From assembly GCA_020632535.1 (NCBI GenBank), contig JACKFJ010000001.1, positions 154,890 to 218,889 on the forward strand: a DNA stretch of 64,000 nucleotides, read 5' to 3'. This document shows positions 28,533 to 37,968 of the stretch, piece by piece. The notes below the pieces were generated by a model, which was not told where the DNA came from, made no database searches, and saw nothing but the letters and a program-made list of their open reading frames with translations. The position numbers and the translations under genes are program-made. Position 1 is the stretch's first letter. Each line of letters begins with the position of its first letter. Origin of the DNA: Candidatus Omnitrophota bacterium (GTDB lineage Bacteria; Omnitrophota; Gorgyraeia; Zapsychrales; JANLHA01).

Positions 28533-29376
28533 AAATAAACAAATTCCTGATCCTAAGCAATTGCCGCATCTTTTGAATTTGCTCGACGATGAGTCTCCGG
28601 AAATACGTCTGGAAATTGTTAAATATCTTCTTTCGTTTGGTTCTCATTTAAAAAGCGAATTGTCTAAGCTTCCTCCGGAAATTGTACAGCCGCGCACAAT
28701 CGCATTGGAAAAAATTCTCCTTGAGCATGATCGTGAAATTTTGCTGCAAGGGTGGCCAAGTTGGCAGGATGCGTCTTTGGATCTTGAAAAATTGGAAGCG
28801 GCTTTGTCATTGTTAGCGCAGTTTCAGAGTGGGCTTAAGTTTCATTACGCGTCTCATAATATCAGTGAGCTTTTAGACGCTCTTGCTACAGAATATCTAG
28901 CTTTTGCCAAGACCAATGATCCGCTTGAATTAGCCAAGTTCCTTTTTGAAGTCAAGGGTTTTACTGGTGCTAAAACCGATTACTATAATCCGCAAAGCAG
29001 CAATTTACTCTATGTCTTGCAGGAGAAAAAAGGATTGCCGATTAGTTTGTCGTGCATTTATATGCTCGTTGGAGCGCGCCTTGGTTTTGTCATAGAGGGA
29101 TATAATTTCCCGGGGCATTTTATGGCTAAAATCAATGTTAAGGGAAAATTCTTTCTTGTTGATGGTTTTAATGGCGGAAAAATTCTTGCGGAAGATGAAG
29201 TCACTCATTTGGGTGATGCCGGTACAAGTGAGCACGACGGTCAGCCGTCTCCGGCAAAATCTGTGGACATTGTCCGTCGAGTTTTAAATAATCTGATCAA
29301 TGCCTATCAAGCACAAGGGGAGAGTGGGCATCAACAGTTTATGATCGATCTTTACCGGACGATTCAGGAAAATTAA
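28522..29376 (+). CDS. SirB1/YchA-like transglutaminase-fold protein with HEAT-like N-terminus
   Basis: Overlaps the receiver gene by 11 nt. Motifs: DDESPEIRLEIVKYLL; DYYNPQSSNLLYVLQEKKGLPISLSCIYMLVGARLGF..GYNFPGHFM. Confidence 0.7.
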   Translation: MSVENKQIPDPKQLPHLLNLLDDESPEIRLEIVKYLLSFGSHLKSELSKLPPEIVQPRTIALEKILLEHDREILLQGWPSWQDASLDLEKLEAALSLLAQFQSGLKFHYASHNISELLDALATEYLAFAKTNDPLELAKFLFEVKGFTGAKTDYYNPQSSNLLYVLQEKKGLPISLSCIYMLVGARLGFVIEGYNFPGHFMAKINVKGKFFLVDGFNGGKILAEDEVTHLGDAGTSEHDGQPSPAKSVDIVRRVLNNLINAYQAQGESGHQQFMIDLYRTIQEN

Positions 29377-29388
29377 AAGGCTAAGGTT

Positions 29389-29535
29389 ATGCCGCGCGCT
29401 CGTTTTGGACAATTCATGCGACAACAGCTCATGCCGGAAGATCCGATGGATTGGATCATTTTGATCTTGATTTTAGGTATTGCGGTTGCTGGATTTATAC
29501 TTATCGGGATTATGTATGCCCAAGGATTTATTTAA
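29389..29535 (+). CDS. Possible 48-aa single-pass membrane peptide (not in ORF track)
   Basis: Translation is MPRARFGQFMRQQLMPEDPMDWIILILILGIAVAGFILIGIMYAQGFI. AAAGG lies 8 nt upstream. The ORF starts 12 nt after the previous stop. Confidence 0.35.
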   Translation: MPRARFGQFMRQQLMPEDPMDWIILILILGIAVAGFILIGIMYAQGFI

Positions 29536-29632
29536 GGAAAATTCCAATTTTTAGAAATTTCTTATATTTTATGAAATCCCGCGAAAGTTTCACGGGATTG
29601 ATTCTTGCTTCTTGTGTTACAATGTTTTTCTT

Positions 29633-31600
29633 ATGTCCTTCCAAATTGATTATCCTAAGGAATTAAATCCTGCGCAACTTGAGGCTGTGCTTTCTGTCGA
29701 CGGGCCATATCTTGTCATTGCCGGTGCCGGCAGTGGTAAGACACGTGTCTTGGTTTATCGCACGGCCCACTTGGTCGAAAGGGGAGTAGCTCCTGAGCGC
29801 ATTCTGCTTTTGACATTTACCCGTCGATCTTCGCGCGAAATGCTCAAGCGTGCCGCAAGTCTTCTTGATGAGCGCTGTCAACAAGTCTCTGGCGGGACGT
29901 TTCACTCTTTTGCGAATTTTATTCTCCGTCGGTATGCCGAGCATGTGAATTTGCCGCGATTTTTTTCGATTATGGATCAAGACGATGCCGAAAGCGCGGT
30001 GAATTTGGTGCGGACGCAAATGAGCCGCAATCTGGATAAGCGTTTTCCTAAAAAAAACACGCTTTTGTCAATTATTTCAAAAAGTATTAATAAGGGATTG
30101 ACTGTCGATGATGTTGTCTGCGAGGAGTATCCCCAGTTTGCCGAATGGTCGCAGGTCATTGAACATATCAAGCAGGAATATATTCGCTACAAGCACAATT
30201 TGGCATTGTTGGATTACGACGATCTGTTGGTGTACTTGCGTAAACTTTTGCAGGATCACAGCGAAATTCGCGCGCACCTTTCCGAATATTATCAATACAT
30301 TATGGTCGACGAGTATCAGGACACCAATAAGATGCAGGCTGAAATTGTTCGCCTCTTGGCAGTGTCGCACAACAATGTTATGGTCGTAGGCGATGATAGT
30401 CAGAGCATTTATTCTTTTCGTGGCGCGCATTTTAAAAATATTATTGATTTTCCGCAGATTTTTAAAAGTACCAAAGTTATTACTCTCGAAGAAAATTATC
30501 GCTCGACTCAGCCGATTCTTGATTTGACCAATGAAGTCATTAATTCAGCAGGGGAGAAGTTTGAAAAAGCACTTTTTACGCGTAACGGCGGAGAAACTTT
30601 GCCCGTATACGTTGATGTCTACAATGAAAACAGTCAGTCGCGCTATATTGTGAACAAAATTCTTGAACTTTGTCGGGACAATGTCAGTCTTAACGAGATT
30701 GCGATTTTGTTTCGGTCGGGTTGGCATTCGAATGATCTTGAAGTTGAGTTGGCGTCGTCGGGAATCCCGTTTGTTAAATATGGCGGTCAAAAGTTTATCG
30801 AGGCCGCGCATATTAAGGACGTGCTCGCGTGTTTGCAGATTGTTTATAACCCTTTGAGTGAAATTGCGTGGCAGAGAGTGCTTATGCTTGTTAAAGGTGT
30901 CGGCGCAAGGACAGCGACGAATTTGATTGAAGAAATCGTGCGTCAGCGCAAGGGTCTTGCCATTGATGAAACAATTTTCGAGAAAAAGCCCGAACTTCGC
31001 CAATTGTTTAAAATTCTCAAAGACATTGATTGGACCGTCGAGCGACCGGCAAAGGTTTTGAAAACATTGTTGGATTTTTATACGCCGCTTTTGATGGTGC
31101 ATTATGATGATTACGAAAAACGTCTCAATGATCTTGGTTCGCTCGAAAATATTGCCCAGCGCTATCCTACCCTTGAAGAATTTTTGACGGATATGGCGCT
31201 CGAGCCACCCGAAAAAAGTCTTGTTGATAAAAGCGCTCGGACGCACGGCGAGAACGATTTGATTCTCTCGACTATTCATTCGGCCAAAGGGCTTGAGTGG
31301 CACACGGTGTTTTTGATTTATTTGGCGGAAGGTTATTTGCCGTCGTATCAATCGATGAGCAGTGATCCGGCGATTGAAGAAGAGCGTCGGCTTTTTTATG
31401 TGGCGGCCACGCGCGCCAAAAATCAACTTTACCTTTTGCGCCCGCAAATTGACACGTCTCCTCGACGATCATGGGATACGACGGGGTCAATGTATACGCA
31501 AGTCTCACGCTTTTTGGATGAGGGCGGCATTTTGAGCAAATTTGTTACATTGGAAACGGATCGTTCGGGTTACAATCCCGCCCGCAGTTGGGATGACTAG
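29633..31600 (+). CDS. uvrD: ATP-dependent DNA helicase, UvrD/PcrA/Rep family
   Basis: Start trimmed to MSFQIDYPKELNPAQLEAV. Motifs: AGAGSGKTRVL, TFTRRSSREM, VDEYQDTN, VGDDSQSIYSFRGA, TIHSAKGLEW, YVAATRAK. Confidence 0.9.
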   Translation: MSFQIDYPKELNPAQLEAVLSVDGPYLVIAGAGSGKTRVLVYRTAHLVERGVAPERILLLTFTRRSSREMLKRAASLLDERCQQVSGGTFHSFANFILRRYAEHVNLPRFFSIMDQDDAESAVNLVRTQMSRNLDKRFPKKNTLLSIISKSINKGLTVDDVVCEEYPQFAEWSQVIEHIKQEYIRYKHNLALLDYDDLLVYLRKLLQDHSEIRAHLSEYYQYIMVDEYQDTNKMQAEIVRLLAVSHNNVMVVGDDSQSIYSFRGAHFKNIIDFPQIFKSTKVITLEENYRSTQPILDLTNEVINSAGEKFEKALFTRNGGETLPVYVDVYNENSQSRYIVNKILELCRDNVSLNEIAILFRSGWHSNDLEVELASSGIPFVKYGGQKFIEAAHIKDVLACLQIVYNPLSEIAWQRVLMLVKGVGARTATNLIEEIVRQRKGLAIDETIFEKKPELRQLFKILKDIDWTVERPAKVLKTLLDFYTPLLMVHYDDYEKRLNDLGSLENIAQRYPTLEEFLTDMALEPPEKSLVDKSARTHGENDLILSTIHSAKGLEWHTVFLIYLAEGYLPSYQSMSSDPAIEEERRLFYVAATRAKNQLYLLRPQIDTSPRRSWDTTGSMYTQVSRFLDEGGILSKFVTLETDRSGYNPARSWDD

Positions 31601-31618
31601 AAGTAAATCAGCCCTGTA

Positions 31619-34600
31619 TTGCTTGAGAATATGTTAAAAACATTAATAACATTTTTTGCTGATCGGCATTTGCTAACAAATTTGATATTTGTTGGTATTT
31701 TCGCTGGTGGCATTATTAGTTGGCAGGCGATTAAGAAAGAAGAGTTGCCTGATGTTACTTTTGATCAAGTGCGTATTTCAGCCAATTATCCCGGTGCGAC
31801 AGCGGAGGAAGTAGAACATTTTGTTACCAAGGAAATTGAAGACGCGGTTGAGGGACTCGACGGTGTTTATCGGGTAACGAGTACGTCCAGTCAGGGGAGC
31901 GCAAATGTTACCGTTGAGCTAGAGCAGGATTATCCGCGAAAAGATGAAGCCATTACTGAAATTCGAAATGCGGTGGCTGATGTTGAATTACCAGTTGATA
32001 TCAGGGATGATCCGACTGTGCGTGTGTTTGAAACATCCAAAAAAGCAATTTTGGATATTGCTCTTATTTATACCGGTTCGCATTTATTAGATGTCAAGCA
32101 AAGGCAGTTGTTGCAGCAATACGCGATTGCTCTTGAAAATCAACTTGTTAATCTCAAGGAAGTTAACAGCGTTAATAAATCCGGTTATTTTCAAGAAGAG
32201 ATACAAATTAAAGTCGATCCCGCCAAACTGATTTATTATGATATTCCATTTAGTCAGGTTCAAAGAGAAATTACCAATAATCATGCCCGCCAACCTGCAG
32301 GTCATATTGAAATCAAAAATGAGCCCAAGGTTACAATCAATGCCCAGTTAGACACGCCCGAGAAACTTAAGCAATTATATATTCAGGCAGGATTTGAAGG
32401 ACAAGCGATCCCTTTAGTCGATATTGCGGATGTCGAGCGAGGGTTTTATAAGGGCAAAGAAATTACCAAGGTTAACGGACATGAAAGCATCATGTTTAAT
32501 GTGGTAAAAAGCAGTTCTTCAGGGATTCTCGCGGCCTTGGATGTTGTGACACGGTTAACAGAAAATTTTAGAGAGACGCACCTTAAAGATGTCCCAATCG
32601 AGATTGTTTTGTTGGACGATGAATCCATCGATGTTCGTAATCGTTTATCAATCATTACTGCAAATGGTGCGATGGGGTTTGTCTTAATTCTCCTATCCCT
32701 ATTTTTATTTCTTAATAAAAGATCGGGTGTTTGGGTGGCGCTGGGTATACCTTTTACGATTTCATTTACACTGATTTGTGGATACCTGATGGGATATACC
32801 GTCAACAATACCACGCTTGCGGCGATCATCATTGTCATGGGTATTGTTGTGGATGACGCGATCGTCGTCGCCGAGAATATTGGTCGCAAGCGTTCAAATG
32901 GAAGAAATTCAAGAGACGCCGCAATCGAAGGGACAACCGAAGTCTTTTTTCCGATTCTAGCAAGCATCATTACAACATGTATCGCTTTTATTCCGTTGTT
33001 TTATTTGGAAGGACGATTTGGGGGAATTAATAAATATATCCCTCCGGTAATATTTTTAATGTTGGGAGCCAGTCTTTTTGAATCATTGTTTATTTTGCCG
33101 GGACACATGAATTTTAAAGCGCCTAAGTGGGGGAATTTCTTTAATAATCATACGACGAGCGAAAAACCTTTAAAGCGCCATTGGTTTGAGAATATCGAAA
33201 ATCAATATGGAAAAGTGTTGCAGAAGATGCTTCCGCATAAGTATTTGATATTTTTAGCTTTTATATTGATGCTTCTTTTTTCCGGTTGGGTTATGACCAA
33301 TAAAATGAAGTTTGTGCTGTTTCCTAATGAAGAAACACGTGACATTGTTCTTTCCGGCGATGCAAGTATAGAGGCTGATCGTATTGATACCGCAAATATT
33401 ACCAAGCAAATCGAAGATCATTTAAAGCCTTATATCGGAAAGGAAATTGTTGGGTATCGTACGGAGATTGCAAGAAGTCGACGTGGAGGAGCTGTGCAGG
33501 AAAATCGTTTTAGACTGATCATCGAAATTGTTCCAAAGGAAAAGCGTAAAAAGTCGGCTGATCAGCTTATCGCGCTTTGGAAGCCGAATATTGAATCGAT
33601 ACAAGGTTTAGAAAAAATTGTTTTTCAAAAGAGCAGATGGGGGCAAGATAGTGGAAGCCCGATCGAAGTTCTTATACAGGAAAATGATGATCAATTGCGT
33701 TCTCAAGCCGCAAAAAAACTCTCTGAATTTATGAAAAAACATCCTAGCTTAATTAATGTTGAAATCGAAGAGCCGATTAAGATTGCTGAACATAAGATTG
33801 ATTTTAAACGCGAAAAAGTAAAACGCTTGGATATTAATCCGGCGGACATTACCGCAACATTTCGTTCTGCTTTAGAAGGATCTGTGCTTTATGAATTTCC
33901 AAGTGGCGACGAAGACATTGATGTGCGTATATCTGTGAAGGATGAGTCAAAGCAAGATTTAAATACCATTTTGGATATACCAGTTCAAAATCAACGAAAT
34001 TATTTGGTGCCATTAAAGGATGTTGTCAGTGTCAAAGACACACAGACGCCTAATTCCATCTCTCGTCGAGATGGCAGACGAACAACACAGGTTTTTGCGG
34101 ATATTAAAAAGGGAGTCAAGGTGACACCTCTAGAAATCGCGGAAGAATTAGAAAAAGATATTTTTCCACAAGTTATTAAAGCACAGCCGTCAACAACACT
34201 TGTATTTACCGGAGAAATTTTTGATACCCGTGAAGCGCAAGGCGGCTTTCGTATGGCAATTATTATGGTCATTTGCATGATATTTGTTATATTGGCAATA
34301 CTTTATAATTCGCTCACAAGACCGCTAATTATTATGTTGGCTATTCCTTTTGGTATGGTTGGTGTCATTTTGGCTTTTTGGTTGCACGGGAAAGTGCTAT
34401 TTGGATTTTTTGCTGCAATTGGAGCTCTGGGGCTTGCCGGTGTGGTTATTAATGACTCGATTATCATGCTATCTAAACTTGATAAAGAATTTAATGCAAA
34501 AGTCAGGGGCGAAATTAATCCGCAAATTGCGGCGATTGCGCAGACACGCCTTAGAGCGGTTGTTTTAACAACTGTTACAACGGTTGTCGGTGTTTTACCG

Positions 34601-34765
34601 ACGGCGTATGGTTTGGCAGGGTACGACGCGATGCTTGCGGAAATGATGCTTGCCCTAGCTTGGGGATTGGTTTTTGGTACGTTAATTACACTGTTATTAA
34701 TTCCATGCCTTTATAGTGTGGTGCAAGGCATGAAATTTAAAGTACAATCAATGCTGGGTCATTAA
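31619..34765 (+). CDS. RND-family efflux transporter, inner-membrane component (AcrB-like)
   Basis: 1048 aa with a 12-TM/2-large-loop architecture. Motifs: VDDAIVVAENI, INDSIIM. The track start is TTG 31619; ATG 31631 is an alternative. Confidence 0.9.
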   Translation: MLENMLKTLITFFADRHLLTNLIFVGIFAGGIISWQAIKKEELPDVTFDQVRISANYPGATAEEVEHFVTKEIEDAVEGLDGVYRVTSTSSQGSANVTVELEQDYPRKDEAITEIRNAVADVELPVDIRDDPTVRVFETSKKAILDIALIYTGSHLLDVKQRQLLQQYAIALENQLVNLKEVNSVNKSGYFQEEIQIKVDPAKLIYYDIPFSQVQREITNNHARQPAGHIEIKNEPKVTINAQLDTPEKLKQLYIQAGFEGQAIPLVDIADVERGFYKGKEITKVNGHESIMFNVVKSSSSGILAALDVVTRLTENFRETHLKDVPIEIVLLDDESIDVRNRLSIITANGAMGFVLILLSLFLFLNKRSGVWVALGIPFTISFTLICGYLMGYTVNNTTLAAIIIVMGIVVDDAIVVAENIGRKRSNGRNSRDAAIEGTTEVFFPILASIITTCIAFIPLFYLEGRFGGINKYIPPVIFLMLGASLFESLFILPGHMNFKAPKWGNFFNNHTTSEKPLKRHWFENIENQYGKVLQKMLPHKYLIFLAFILMLLFSGWVMTNKMKFVLFPNEETRDIVLSGDASIEADRIDTANITKQIEDHLKPYIGKEIVGYRTEIARSRRGGAVQENRFRLIIEIVPKEKRKKSADQLIALWKPNIESIQGLEKIVFQKSRWGQDSGSPIEVLIQENDDQLRSQAAKKLSEFMKKHPSLINVEIEEPIKIAEHKIDFKREKVKRLDINPADITATFRSALEGSVLYEFPSGDEDIDVRISVKDESKQDLNTILDIPVQNQRNYLVPLKDVVSVKDTQTPNSISRRDGRRTTQVFADIKKGVKVTPLEIAEELEKDIFPQVIKAQPSTTLVFTGEIFDTREAQGGFRMAIIMVICMIFVILAILYNSLTRPLIIMLAIPFGMVGVILAFWLHGKVLFGFFAAIGALGLAGVVINDSIIMLSKLDKEFNAKVRGEINPQIAAIAQTRLRAVVLTTVTTVVGVLPTAYGLAGYDAMLAEMMLALAWGLVFGTLITLLLIPCLYSVVQGMKFKVQSMLGH

Positions 34766-34768
34766 AAA

Positions 34769-36205
34769 ATGTTAAATCAAATGTCTAGATTATTCAGAAT
34801 TTTTACATTGATATCGATATTGTTTGTGTCGGGCGAAATGAGTGCGCACGCGCAAACTCAGGACGAAATTCTTTCTTTTGAAAGATTCTTAGAGCTTGCC
34901 GCGATCAATGATAAGGAGTTCGAACAGATTCTGATTGATGAGTTAACTTTAAAATATCAAAAAAGATTAAAGCTTCCCGCAAAAGATCTGGTCTTATCTT
35001 TAAAGCAGCAGCATGAATTTTATTTGAGCCAAGATCGACAATCACCAGACACAACAGTCGGTTTAACAAAATTGTTTCCTTTGAGCGGTACAGAGATTGC
35101 GGTCGATTATCAGGTTGGCGCATCTTTAGCATCACGAAATAAATCATCGGAGTTATCCTTTACAATTGCGCAGCCAATCGCCGAGAATGCGTTTGGCCGT
35201 TCAACGCAATTATTGGATAAAATTGTCGGTCTTGAGGTGGATGTTGCCAGTCATCAAGTGGTTGAAGCTTATGAGGATTATTTGGCTTCAATTATCTTGG
35301 CGTATTACACATGGCACGAAGATTATGAAAATTTATTAATTGGAAAAGCTTCGTATAATCAAAATGTAAAATTGCTCGATAGTATGAATGAAAGGGAGAA
35401 GCAAAAAATTGCTCTGCCGATCGATGTCAATAAAGTTCGCCTGCAAGTGTTATCAAAGAAAGAGCGATTGACGGAGTTAGAAGAAGAATACAAAAACAGT
35501 CTTAATATTATTCAGCGAATTATTCGTAGTCAAGAAAAGGTTGTATATGTTCCACAGCCGACGGAGCCAATGATTTTGGTTAGTGAAAGTTTTGAAGATG
35601 TATTTAAGTCTTTTATGGATTTAAGTCGAACGTTCGATATTATTAAAAAGTTAGAAGACAAGAGTTCGCTTGAAGTTGATAGAGACGCAGACGATTTATT
35701 GCCTTCCATTAATATTATTGCTGGATACGAAATGAGTGGTGATGACTATGCAGTTAAAAATGACGATGATTTTTTGTTTGCTGGGATAACGATGGAATGG
35801 CCATTTCCAAATCAGGTTGCAAGGGCTGAGTATGAAGTATCAAAAATAATGAATAAGAAGCAAAAATTTTCAACCGTCAATACGTACTACCGTCTATATA
35901 CACAGCTTATGAATTTATATTTACAAATCGAAAGAGAAGTCAAATTAATTGATATTGCAGAAGAGAGAATCAAGTTGGCCAAATCAATTTTAGACGATGA
36001 GGGCAAGAATTATTCTTTTGGGAAGGTTACGTTAAATGATTATATTCAAGCATTTAATAATCTCGATACCACCCGGTTTAACAAAATTGCGCACGACTCG
36101 CAGTACCGCAAATTGTTAGTCGAGTGGCTGCGTTTAAATGACAAATTGGTTAATAAATCTGAAATTACCGCAAAACTTAATAAATTAAAAACGGAGGTTA
36201 AGTAA
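34769..36205 (+). CDS. Outer-membrane efflux protein (TolC-like)
   Basis: Signal peptide ending AHAQ. 478 aa. Two-repeat coiled-coil/beta pattern typical of OMF proteins. Starts 3 nt after the RND stop. Confidence 0.75.
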   Translation: MLNQMSRLFRIFTLISILFVSGEMSAHAQTQDEILSFERFLELAAINDKEFEQILIDELTLKYQKRLKLPAKDLVLSLKQQHEFYLSQDRQSPDTTVGLTKLFPLSGTEIAVDYQVGASLASRNKSSELSFTIAQPIAENAFGRSTQLLDKIVGLEVDVASHQVVEAYEDYLASIILAYYTWHEDYENLLIGKASYNQNVKLLDSMNEREKQKIALPIDVNKVRLQVLSKKERLTELEEEYKNSLNIIQRIIRSQEKVVYVPQPTEPMILVSESFEDVFKSFMDLSRTFDIIKKLEDKSSLEVDRDADDLLPSINIIAGYEMSGDDYAVKNDDDFLFAGITMEWPFPNQVARAEYEVSKIMNKKQKFSTVNTYYRLYTQLMNLYLQIEREVKLIDIAEERIKLAKSILDDEGKNYSFGKVTLNDYIQAFNNLDTTRFNKIAHDSQYRKLLVEWLRLNDKLVNKSEITAKLNKLKTEVK

Positions 36206-36801
36206 TGAAATTAATTTATACGTGTTGTCTTATGTTGTTGAGTTTTGTGACGGTTACGTTTGCGCAAGACATGCCGGGCTTAAAGGTTGGTGTCACGGCG
36301 CCAGACTTTGTTGCGAATGATTTTAGAGGAAAAAAGGTTCAGCTTTCTAATTCATATAAAGAGGGACCAGTGATTCTGATTTTTTATCGAGGAAGCTGGT
36401 GTCCTTATTGCAATGCGCAGTTGCAACAATTACAGGCGAACTTAAGCAAATTTAAAGAATACAATGCTTCTTTAATCGCAGTGAGCGTCGATAAAATTGA
36501 TAAAGCGGCAGAAGCGGTGGAAGGTTACAATCTTGAGTTTGATATCGTGAGTAATCCTAAGGGAGATATCCTTGAGCAATATGGTTTGGTGTTCACCGTA
36601 CCAGATGAGCTCAATAAAAAATATAAAGAGCAATATGATATTGACCTTGAGGCGGCTTCAGGCCGAACGGATCATGTCATCGCAATTCCTGCAACGTATA
36701 TCATTGATACCAACGGCAAAATTGTTTTTGCTTATGCCAATGAGGATTACAAAATTCGTACCTCGTCGGAAGAAATATTAGAAGAGTTGAAGAAATTATA
36801 A
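36205..36801 (+). CDS. Secreted AhpC/TSA-family peroxiredoxin / thioredoxin-fold protein
   Basis: TAATG overlap with the TolC-like gene and GGAGG RBS. Signal peptide ends TFAQD. Contains FYRGSWCPYCNAQL. Confidence 0.85.
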   Translation: MKLIYTCCLMLLSFVTVTFAQDMPGLKVGVTAPDFVANDFRGKKVQLSNSYKEGPVILIFYRGSWCPYCNAQLQQLQANLSKFKEYNASLIAVSVDKIDKAAEAVEGYNLEFDIVSNPKGDILEQYGLVFTVPDELNKKYKEQYDIDLEAASGRTDHVIAIPATYIIDTNGKIVFAYANEDYKIRTSSEEILEELKKL

Positions 36802-36807
36802 CCAAAT

Positions 36808-36925
36808 TGTCATCCCCGAAATCTTTAATCCCCTCATGCTGGGGATTTTCAGTTGGTCATCGGGGATAGATGTTTTAAATGAAATAATTGAACCCGCAGC
36901 TTTGGGAGGAGTTTCAAGTTTTTAA
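36808..36925 (+). repeat. Repeat family 2, copy A (palindromic head plus conserved ~60-nt tail)
   Basis: TGTCATCCCCGAA...TCGGGGAT is an 8-bp inverted repeat with a nested ATCCCC/GGGGAT hairpin. It is followed by ATGTTTTAAATGAAATAATTGAACCC-11nt-AGGAGTT. Confidence 0.75.
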
Positions 36926-36975
36926 ATAATCTAACTTAAACATTTGGTTCTGTTAATGAGGAGCGATATAAAATT

Positions 36976-37650
36976 ATGAAAAAGAATTTTAAGAATTTGA
37001 TTTTATTATCTGGGATTTTAATTGTTCTTGGTGTAGTTGGTGCAGGTGATTCTAACGCAGAGATTGGGGTTAAGTTAGCCATCCCCGGAGTAACGGAAGC
37101 TGATATTCGTGCCGCACTTGATGCAGCAAAAGAAATTCAAGATCAGTTCCAGAATCGACCGACGCAACAACTAACACTGGATGAAGAAAAGATGGTGCGA
37201 AAACAGGCGGACGCTATTTTAGCTTTAAAGAATGAGATTGAAGGCTCGAGTAATCAAGATGTGAAATATCGACGAGACCTTAAGAGCGTTTATTATTCCA
37301 ATAATTTGCAAGAGGGTTGGCCTGCTCTTGTTCTCAGGGAACAACAGCCTGGAAACAAAATAAAATTTGAGAGCGTAACTATGCCATTTGATCCGCAGGA
37401 TTCAAAAAAATCATTTTTTATGGCAATATTTAAAGATGATAATGGGTTACTTGGAAAGATTATTGGTCAAAGTCAACAAAGATCAGGCAGTGGAAATGAG
37501 ATTTTATTAACCGAAGCTGTCTCTAATGAAACACTTTATGCAGTGATTTTTAAGGACAATGGTGATAATACATTTGATTTGATGTCCGATTTGATAGTCA
37601 GAGGAGAAAATGACCGAATTATTATTGTAAAATTTAAAGTCGTTCAATAA
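36976..37650 (+). CDS. Hypothetical secreted protein
   Basis: 224-aa ORF with signal-like N-terminus MKKNFKNLILLSGILIVLGVVGAGDSNA. No family recognised. Confidence 0.55.
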   Translation: MKKNFKNLILLSGILIVLGVVGAGDSNAEIGVKLAIPGVTEADIRAALDAAKEIQDQFQNRPTQQLTLDEEKMVRKQADAILALKNEIEGSSNQDVKYRRDLKSVYYSNNLQEGWPALVLREQQPGNKIKFESVTMPFDPQDSKKSFFMAIFKDDNGLLGKIIGQSQQRSGSGNEILLTEAVSNETLYAVIFKDNGDNTFDLMSDLIVRGENDRIIIVKFKVVQ

Positions 37651-37771
37651 GAATTTTTTTAAATAATTTATATATTTGTTAATTATTCAATCTCCAATCC
37701 AGGATATATTAAAGAATACTAACGATATTTATTTAAATAGTTTCTTACTACATAATGGTTATGTGGTGAGG

Positions 37772-37840
37772 ATGTGAAATCCATTGCGACTAAGGACGAT
37801 ATGTGAAATCCCATTGCGAGGAGCGTAGCGACGCGGCATC
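37772..37840 (+). repeat. REP-like family 1: one truncated and one full copy, each preceded by ATGTGAAATCC
   Basis: ATGTGAAATCCATTGCGACTAAGGACG (37772-37798) and ATGTGAAATCCCATTGCGAGGAGCGTAGCGACGCGGCATC (37801-37840). Confidence 0.8.
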
Positions 37841-37877
37841 TATTCCAAACTTGTCATCCTAAAAGTATTCGCACAAC

Positions 37878-37955
37878 TGTCATCCCCGAACGCTCTTATC
37901 GGGGATCCATGTATTAAATGATATACTTGAACCCAAAATTCTTGAAGGAGTTCTA
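37878..37955 (+). repeat. Repeat family 2, copy B
   Basis: TGTCATCCCCGAACGCTCTTATCGGGGAT followed by CCATGTATTAAATGATATACTTGAACCC-11nt-AGGAGTT. The tail is about 80% identical to copy A by eye. It ends 14 nt before the cupin ATG. Confidence 0.75.
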
Positions 37956-37968
37956 AAAATATTTCCCC

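Noticed and set aside
29451-29666. 71-aa track ORF between the SirB1-like gene and uvrD.
   Set aside because: It overlaps the uvrD start and is in a different frame from the better-supported 48-aa TM peptide ORF (29389-29535), which has an RBS. Its composition is implausible.
30545-31447. 300-aa ORF on the - strand.
   Set aside because: It is antisense to the well-supported uvrD/pcrA-like gene. Its R/K/F-rich junk-like composition marks it as a shadow ORF. The same reasoning applies to 32446-32970 (-), 17809-18237 (-), 27488-27913 (-), 23237-23704 (-) and 63668-64000 (-).
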